Assembly (NCBI GenBank): GCA_951406725.2
Contig: OX597828.1
Span: forward strand, 57,412,001 to 57,476,000
From: Octopus vulgaris
Taxonomy: Eukaryota
Length of the DNA stretch: 64,000 nt
Reading direction: 5' to 3'
Numbering within the stretch: position 1 is the first letter of the stretch; each line of letters opens with the position of its first letter. The translations under genes were made by a program, and so were the position numbers. The notes beneath the pieces were generated by a model, which saw only the letters and a program-made list of their open reading frames with translations, was not told the origin of the DNA and did not search any database. Positions 55,555 to 64,000 of this stretch are shown here, piece by piece.

Positions 55555-55857
55555 TGCGCTGCAACAAAGGTTTTCGCCGGTTACGACGACGAGGGTCCCA
55601 GCTGATACGATCAACGGAACAGTTTGCTCGTGAAATTAACGTGCAAATGGCTGAGCATTCCACAGACACGTGTACCCTTAACGTAGTTCTCGGGGATAAT
55701 CAGCGTGACACAGAGATTGACAAGGCTGACCCTTTGAAATACAAGTACAACTCATTTTTGCCAGCTGAGTGGACTGGAGCAACGTGAAATAAAGCGTCTT
55801 GCTCAAGGACACAACGCGTCGCCGGGAATGCCCTAACCACTAAGCCACGCGCCCTCA
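55555..55857 (-). mobile_element. SINE family C copy (alternative tail)
   Basis: actcatttttgccagctgagtggactggagcaacgtgaaataaag...gctcaaggacacaacgcgtcgccgggaat...ccctaaccactaagccacgcgcc. Confidence 0.8.
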
Positions 55858-55893
55858 CTCCTAGCTTGTTATTATTCATATATATATATATGC

Positions 55894-55927
<34 letters not shown>

Positions 55928-55928
<1 letters not shown>

Positions 55929-56600
55929 TAAGATCCACGGATTCAAAAAAGCACCCAAGGACTACAGAAGTTTACCTGACTCAGCATTAAAAGTAATCAA
56001 CCGCAAAAATATAGATCTCGTCTGCAAACACGGACTAGAGGACAAGTCCGAACCTTTCACACCTCACACACCCCATATCAGAATGAAGGATCACAAAGAA
56101 AAATTCACTGTGAACCTCTCCGTCCGCCTCATCTGCCCCTCCTGTTTCGATATAGGTATGATTTGCATAATTATAGTCGATCGAATAACATCTTAACTTT
56201 ACACCACTTCTTCACTAACACTCTGGACCAAAACTACTGAAGTTATGCACTGATTCAACTATCTATGCCCTAAGCAATCTTTTACATTCATATAAGTTGA
56301 CATCGATCAACATATATATATACCCCAGCATTTCTCATTTTCTTCTTAAGAAAGCTCTAATTTTCTCCAAGGAATATTCCAATCTATCTCGCGAAGATAT
56401 TGGTATTATACCAGCAGCCCGCGGAAATATCCTATGTTTTGATGGGAAATCCTGTGCCCACGAAGATACACCCGATTTTTCCGACATCCTTATGGGAGCC
56501 AGTGACTCCACCTAAGTTACTGACATCGTCGGATTCTTCGTACTTAATGGTCCCCATGAATAATTTCCCAACATCTCTGGAGCTGTATATAGATAGGATT
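55928..56600 (+). mobile_element. Penelope-like reverse transcriptase fossil
   Basis: Translates as HIRMKDHKEKF...VRLICPSCFDIG, LWTKTTEV, IYPSISHFLLKKALIF and DILMGASDST*VTDIVG (resembles FITLKDHK..RLINP.KSEIG, FYPSIS..LL.KAL.F and FDVTMGSYDGAEVCELVG). Confidence 0.8.
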
Positions 56601-56615
56601 ATATATGAATAATAA

Positions 56616-56975
56616 GAAACATCTGCAAGATCGTCAGCGTTGTCTGTCGTTTACGAAATACAATTTCTAGAACTAGATACAGGGCGCTGGAACTAGATGC
56701 TAGGCCAATGGTTTTAATTGATTAATATCAATTTCTACCCTTATTTAATTTTAAATAAAAAAAGGTCTCTAGCCGGTAAATTAACTGCTGTAGTTTATTA
56801 ACTGCAGAGTAATTTCCGATCTCAGCGCACAAAAGTGAAGGCATTTGAAAGATACACACAAATATAATTTGTGGAGATTTATACATGCTGGATTTCGGTC
56901 GAGCGCTCTGTATCTAGTTCTATAAATTGTATTTCATAAACGACAGACTACGCTGACGAACTTGCAGATGTTTGC
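56616..56975. repeat. Inverted repeat, ~70-bp arms
   Basis: aaacatctgcaagatcgtcagcgttgtctgtcgtttacgaaatacaatttctagaactagatacagggcgc pairs with gcgctctgtatctagttctataaattgtatttcataaacgacagactacgctgacgaacttgcagatgttt. Confidence 0.85.
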
Positions 56976-57186
56976 GTATCCATATACGTGAATAATAACA
57001 AGTTAATCTAATTAGTACACTAGGTAATCGTTTTTTTATTTTCGTATATTTTCACTTGTCTTACTTTTAAACTTTGGTTTTTCCTGAATTTTTTCTTGAG
57101 AACACATTCTTCATGGAAAATGGCGAGTTTGACGTCTATATCTAGCATACAGGCTGTCCACTATTAGTGGACATACCTCTAAATTT

Positions 57187-57751
<565 letters not shown>

Positions 57752-57756
57752 GTTTA

Positions 57757-57968
57757 TATATTTGTTGTGCAAGATTTTTTATGTGAAGTCGTGTGTTGAA
57801 ACAGATATTGTTATATTTCGGAATGGTCATTTTGCCAGTTTAGCCAATAAAATAAGATTAAGATTAATGTAAAAAAATAAATATCACTGAAGCAAAATAA
57901 CACCCAATATATAGTGCGTGTGTTTTTATTGGCTAAACTGGCAAAATGACCATTCCGAGATATAACAA
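57757..57968. mobile_element. Inverted pair of fragments of the 2410-type repeat
   Basis: ggaatggtcattttgccagtttagccaataaaa (57819-57852) pairs with its reverse complement (57923-57957). Confidence 0.75.
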
Positions 57969-57995
57969 TATATATATATATATATATATAAGTGG

Positions 57996-58027
<32 letters not shown>

Positions 58028-58034
<7 letters not shown>

Positions 58035-58410
58035 GTGCCGTTGAGATCCAAAGGTGTCCGATAATGCTGAACAAGTACTATAGACAGACCATAGTTAAGT
58101 TCCAGGTTCGGGGATTTTGCGAATAAGGGGTTCATCGTTGGTCATATGTCAGCGTGTGTATATAAGAAATGGATCTAAAAATCCAATATCCCTACATATC
58201 TCACATCTCTTTTCTTTACTACACCTCACTCTTTACTGTGTATCCCATCTAAATTTACTATTACTTAACCATCCTCGCACACCGTCTCCGATGAAGGTGT
58301 ATAATTAATAAATATCCTGGAAACAACTGTAAGACCTTCTATCTATAAATGTTCTAATATCTACACATCCTTGGGATTTTTTTATCTCATTACGCAGGGA
58401 TTCTTATATA
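58028..58410 (+). mobile_element. Second copy of the 17905-type repeat, with hammerhead motif at ~58284-58335
   Basis: gtctCCGATGAaggtgtat...atatcctgGAAAcaactgTAagac. Confidence 0.65.
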
Positions 58411-58424
58411 TATATATATGAACT

Positions 58425-58795
58425 TTCATTCTTTAACTTCTTTCAGTCATCTGACGGCAGGCATTTTGTAGAACGATTCAACCCAAATACACATTTTAAA
58501 ACCTGGGAATAACTGTATCGGTCACTTTGCGAAGCGTTAAATTACGGGGACGTGAGCACACAAACACCAGTCATCAAGTGGTTGTGGTGCTGGAACAAAC
58601 ACAGACACAAAGATGCACACAAACACACACATATATATGACAGGCTTCTTTCAGTTTATGTCTACCAAATGCATTTACAAGGTTTTGGTTGGCCCGAGGG
58701 TATAGTCGAAGACAATTGCCCAAGGTGCAACGCAGTGGGACTGAACGCGAAACCTTGTGGTTGCGAAGTAAACTTCTTACCACACAACCACGCTA
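58425..58795 (-). mobile_element. SINE family A copy
   Basis: Family A motifs in reverse complement. Confidence 0.7.
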
Positions 58796-59847
58796 TGTAT
58801 ATGGTACAATGGAAATTATTATTGGAGAGAATGCGATGTTGAATGGCAGTACCTCATCTAAATTTAATATTGCTCATTCGTCTGCTCCGATGCTGTATAC
58901 TTAATATAATGGTTTAAATTCCAGTGAGAAAATTACGCTTATATATAATATATACTTTATGCCCATTGCAAATACATTCTTATATCTTCAAAATATTTTG
59001 AAATTCGTAATATACATTTACATAGTTATGTAACACACTGGAAATATAACTATTTTTCTCATACGCTACTATGTCTGTATTTCCATTTCTTTCTTGAATC
59101 CAATTTATTAGGAAATTTATTGCAGATTTTCTATTGCACTCTGATATCCTTGGAGGAGATATTTCGAAATTAAATATTTACTATCATTACTTTGACTCTC
59201 AATATAACGCCAAGACTGTCTGACAAGCTTTTACTTCGTAGTATAAAATCGAGCGATCTATTGTTCGTAATAAGTTCATAAATATTTCTAAGTTGATTTC
59301 ATTTTCTCTTTCTCTGTTCTCCGGTTTGGATACAACTCTCCAATTGCATTTTATTTTCTTAACGTTATCATGAAGCTGGTCCAGCAGTATTCATGCTGCG
59401 CTGGCTTATTAAATTCAGACATTATGAGAGACATATTCGCCCAATTCTAAACACATTATTTTTGTAGAATGACAGTAGTTACCTACCGATATAGTAAAAT
59501 CGGTAGTATAGGATGTAATATTACTGAGCTCTTCTTTTAATTTCACAAAATTAATTCTCATGCTTTATAAATCAAAATTTCTTCTTCTTCTTCTTCTTCT
59601 TCTTCTTCTTTTCTTCTTCTTCTTCTTCTTCTTCTATATACATATATATATATATGTATGTATATGTATATATATAAAATACCAAACGGGACGAGAACGC
59701 AAAACATCCGGACAACTAGGTTATACAAAAGGGGACAACAAAACAACCAGATAGATGATGAAAAAAAGACACGGACTGGTCATTCGAAGCCTTTTATCAT
59801 ACATATATAATATACATTTACACATATTTAACTATCATTTTTCTCTT

Positions 59848-59904
<57 letters not shown>

Positions 59905-59990
59905 TAATCCAAACATGAAAACACAACAACGCGAGGACGCGGAACAAATATAGTATTATTGGACGCTCAGGAAGGAAGGGAAGAAGGAGG

Positions 59991-60025
59991 GTTTTACGTT
60001 TCGAGCGGAGCTCTTCGTCGGAAAC
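59991..60025 (-). ncRNA. Candidate ultra-minimal type I hammerhead (CCGACGA core) inside a TA-flanked repeat (59900-60085)
   Basis: GTTT CCGACGA A GAGC-TCC-GCTC GAAA CG TA AAAC. Confidence 0.55.
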
Positions 60026-61864
60026 ATAGGAGAAGGAAAGATCCAGAGAAGGGAAGACGGAGGGGAAAAAATCGCCAACGGTACACAAGAGAGAGAGAGA
60101 GAGAAGGGCAAGATATAGATATGGATAGATAGATAGCTTTGATAGATAGATTGACAGATAGATATATGTACATATGCATATATGTAATCACATATGTATT
60201 GTTTTCTCTGTAGTACAGTACATACATCTATGTTGTCTCCTCTCTCAGATATTTATGTCTCTAGTAAAATCGTCACTGTAGCTGTGAGATAGGTACTTGC
60301 TTGGCCTCGCTACACAAATCCAACTGCAACAAGCTGTCAACCCAAACTAGGCCCACCACAACATAGACGCTTTGCTTAGTAGTTTACTTGGAATCTTATC
60401 ATCATGTCACTAAACAAACAGAGCATTTATTCAATCCTGTACTTTTCCTATAGAATCGAGATGTAGAGCGTGCTCGCTTCAACATAGATCTTATCGATCT
60501 AAGCAGTCTCTAGATGTCATTCTGGGTATATTATATAATTACTTTTATAATTAATAATTTAAACTATATTTTGAGATATTGTATTTAGAATTAGTTTGAA
60601 TTATTATGAATTATTGTGCATGTGTCGCTTCATATTCATTTCCACGCCGATACGATCGTATCAGAAAATCTGCAGTCACTTTGTCTGCTCAGACAAATAT
60701 AAAGTCTCAGTCGATTATGGGGTGTTAGTATTTCTTAGTTTCCCTTGGTAAGTTGTTTAGCGTTTTACATAGTAAAATCTTATCTCATAATTTACTTGAA
60801 CTATATCATTCTAATATATCTCTTTCACAATTGATCATTTATATCTAGAGTTCGCTTTTATTTACATCAAACTGCACGTTGATTTCACGCCAGAGGCATT
60901 CCTTTATCAATTTGTAAACACTTATCTTTTCCGAATGCATGTATCCACATCCATACCAGCATACACGCGCATAGACACACTAACACGCATGCACACACAC
61001 TCACACGAATAGCATATGAATGTATTTGTGTGAGATTTCTATTAATGCAGCTCAGTCACTCTCTTCGCGTGGTATCTGTAAAACTAGATTCAGGCTACGT
61101 ATTAATTCCATACGTTTAACTTATATATGTAACAATGCAATGGTCACATACACGCATAAATCAGCTTCACCTTTGATCAAACGAAATATTTTTGGCAAGC
61201 GTAAGAGTATGTTTGGAGCCGCGCATTCCTTCAATTTCCGTTTAATTTACACATTCATTTATAAAGATATACACAAAGATATCTGAGAACACACAATTAT
61301 AATATACCAGGATACGTTCAACGTGAATAAATCAAGACACAACGTGCTTCAATTTCCCAATGTAAAAGTCAATTAGTCATAGAAATATACACACTTCAAT
61401 ACGTGTACATATGCTTGCACACACACACACTCAAACACAGAGGCAACTAATGAGATTTGAGCATTCTCTCAATTATAAATAGATTCTTACGTCTTGAGCA
61501 ATACACACACATGCACGCACGCACAAACAAACACACACATACACACACACGCACATGTATATATATACAGCGTGGCCCAAGAAGTGGGCTTACAGTTATT
61601 CAACTATCTATTTCGCATTCATATATTCACAGTTTCGATCTTAAATATGAAACCATTCTTCTATGCTAATTTAGTGAATTTTCTCAAGCTCCCTTTTCAG
61701 TTTGTAAGGAATATAATAGGATAGAGTACCATCAAAAATTGTGTTGTAGTTTTCACCACCAGCAGACAGACCCGACTAGTCGTCTTGTGTTACAAGCCTT
61801 CGAACTACCGGATATGAAGGTACGCAATGAAGGAGATGGTTCCCTCGGCCCACCTGTCAAGAAG

Positions 61865-61906
<42 letters not shown>

Positions 61907-62008
61907 GGAGTAAACACATAAATGTGGAACAAGGTGGAAAAAAGAGTACTCAAATACCAGTGGTAGAGTAATATGCTTTATCTTAAGCAGCAGAAAATTC
62001 AACAAAAT

Positions 62009-62046
62009 CTGTTACTCTGAGTTTCTCGTTGCCGTTCATCAGACAG
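62009..62046 (-). ncRNA. Candidate minimal type I hammerhead (canonical core) inside a TA-flanked repeat starting ~61905
   Basis: CTGT CTGATGA ACG-GCAA-CGA GAAA CTC-A-GAG TA ACAG. Confidence 0.65.
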
Positions 62047-62902
62047 TTTTTGCTAGAATGGAACTTATATATTAATTCAATCTATACTCTTACAAACGCT
62101 ACACTTTTAAAAAGAAATGGACTTGTTTGATTGGCCCTTTAGAAAAAACGGTCAATCTTCGAGCGATAAACAAAAAGGTCAAAAATATATGTATATATAT
62201 ATAAAAAAACTTATAAAAATTATAAAATCCGAGGAAAAAACCGAGGAAAAAACCTATTGCCGTTAATGAAGACAGTACAAATTAAACCTGTTATAAATAC
62301 TGCAATGCATATTTATATTAAAATCCACATATATATATCAACATACACAAAAGGATGCGCGTAAACGCCATACATACATATACAGACGTATGAATATGAA
62401 TCTAAATTATACACATAAAAGCATGTGTACATATATTCACGCAAACCGTCTCGCACGCAAGCTAAAATTCATCTATGTAGCAATTCTCATATACTGAGCA
62501 AGGAGGGGGAACGAAAGAAAGGGAAAGAGAGAAAAAGGAACGAAGGAGGGGTGGGGAAAAAACTTGTAGCGATGTTATTGGCATCTATAGAGGCCAGTAT
62601 ACATACACAAGTTTGAATTGATACATATACATACCGTCGTGTGTATGCGTGCTTAAGCACAAGCATAGCATACTTTCACTCACACATACACAGATACGCA
62701 TGCTTACAAATACATATGCTTTGCTATACACATACTTATATAAACATTCTAAATTTTGACAACATTGCTTTTTTTTAAAAAAAAACATTGCTTTTAAAAA
62801 ATGGGTGCATTAATAAAAATATATACGAGAGACATATAAAAAACAGATTTTGTTGAATTTTCTGCTGCTTAAAATAAAGTATATATATATATATATATAT
62901 AT

Positions 62903-63348
62903 ATTTGTTTTGCAAGGCTTTTGATGTGGAATCGTGTGTCGAAAGAGATATTTAGGAATGGTCATTTTGCCAGTTTAGCCAATAAAAACACACGCACTAT
63001 ATATTTGGTGTTACTTTGCTTCAGCGTTAGTTATTTTTTACATTAATCTTAATCCTATTTCGGCTAGAATTCTTTCATCACAATCCTGTGACCGCATCAA
63101 CTAGGCACATACAATAGAAATACAAAATACAAGATGGATGACCGTTAGTAAGGAGAGACACACAAATAAGAAAGAAGAAAGCAAAGGACCACTGATGCGG
63201 TCACAGGAGTGTGACGAAAGAACTCTAGCCGAAATAAGATTAAGATTAATGTAAAAAATATATAACGCTGAATCAAAGTAATGCCAAATATACAGTGCGT
63301 GTGTTTTTATTGGCTAAACTGGCAAAATGACCATTCCTAAATACATCA
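62903..63348. mobile_element. Inverted dimer of the 2410-type repeat between two (TA)n tracts
   Basis: Arms 62951-63099 and 63193-63341 are reverse complements. A hammerhead-like motif lies at 63186-63230. Confidence 0.8.
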
Positions 63349-63629
63349 ATATATATATATATATATATATATATAATCATATTTATATGTACAGTAAATT
63401 TTGATATGCAAGAGTAGACGAAAGTAATTATATGCGTGATCTGACAACAAGTATCCGGATTGTTGCAATAGTAATATAATTTTTTTTAATATCCCAATTT
63501 TATTCTTAGAAGCAATATTTTACCTAAGAAATTTCTTGTTCTGTACTTTACGAGATGTAATAACGTCTCCTGTAATTTTCCAGGTTTACAATCTTAAGAA
63601 TATTATCTCTCATACTCGCATTTTCCATG

Positions 63630-63674
<45 letters not shown>

Positions 63675-63796
63675 CATATATACATATACATACATATATG
63701 TATATATATATGTAAATGTATATATATATACATATATACATGTATATATATATATATGTGTATATATATATATATACATATGTATATATATGTGTG

Positions 63797-64000
63797 TAAC
63801 ACTGCAACATAATTTCTTTTCCTCAACAGGCCCTCCCCTATTTAACATTGTCCCGAGAGAGATCAAAGAGGAAAAGAATCTCATCAACTTTAAACAGAGT
63901 CTGGATAGATTCCTTCAAAGAATACCAGATAAGCCACCCATAATTGGATACAACTCACCCAACAAGAACTCACTCCTTGAACAAAACTGGATACAACTCA
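63797..64000 (+). mobile_element. Short 3' copy of the same CR1-type LINE (runs off the window)
   Basis: Nearly identical to the reverse complement of 37050-37250, including the start of a second 43-bp unit. Confidence 0.92.

Noticed and set aside
59190-59390. Open minus-strand frame weakly resembling an RTE C-terminus (LLRTIDRSILYYEVKAC)
   Set aside because: The similarity is too weak to call without a profile search.

Overview
AT-rich, microsatellite-saturated eukaryotic DNA with the repeat landscape of a coleoid cephalopod, most likely Octopus (inference). I can support only one host protein-coding gene: an intact, apparently intronless Cys-loop ion-channel subunit (8659-9837, minus). It has lost the acetylcholine-binding residues and carries an extra cysteine pair, which matches the cephalopod chemotactile receptor (CR) family. 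The rest is mobile DNA: a (TAA)n-embedded R4/Dong-like RLE retrotransposon, a young CR1-type LINE with a 43-bp tandem tail, and fossils of mariner, maT, hAT, Chapaev3-like, RTE, Penelope and Helitron elements. There are also three tRNA-derived SINE families. The least expected signal is a set of unrelated short, mostly TA-embedded repeats that each fold into a minimal type I hammerhead ribozyme, several with variant cores, and often lie in inverted pairs as Penelope-type pLTRs do. A SINE also forms a 184-bp head-to-tail array through microhomology between its tail and its own head. Nearly all IYIY/CVCV ORFs in the track are microsatellite artefacts. TE family names come from recalled motifs, not database searches, and most repeat boundaries are approximate.
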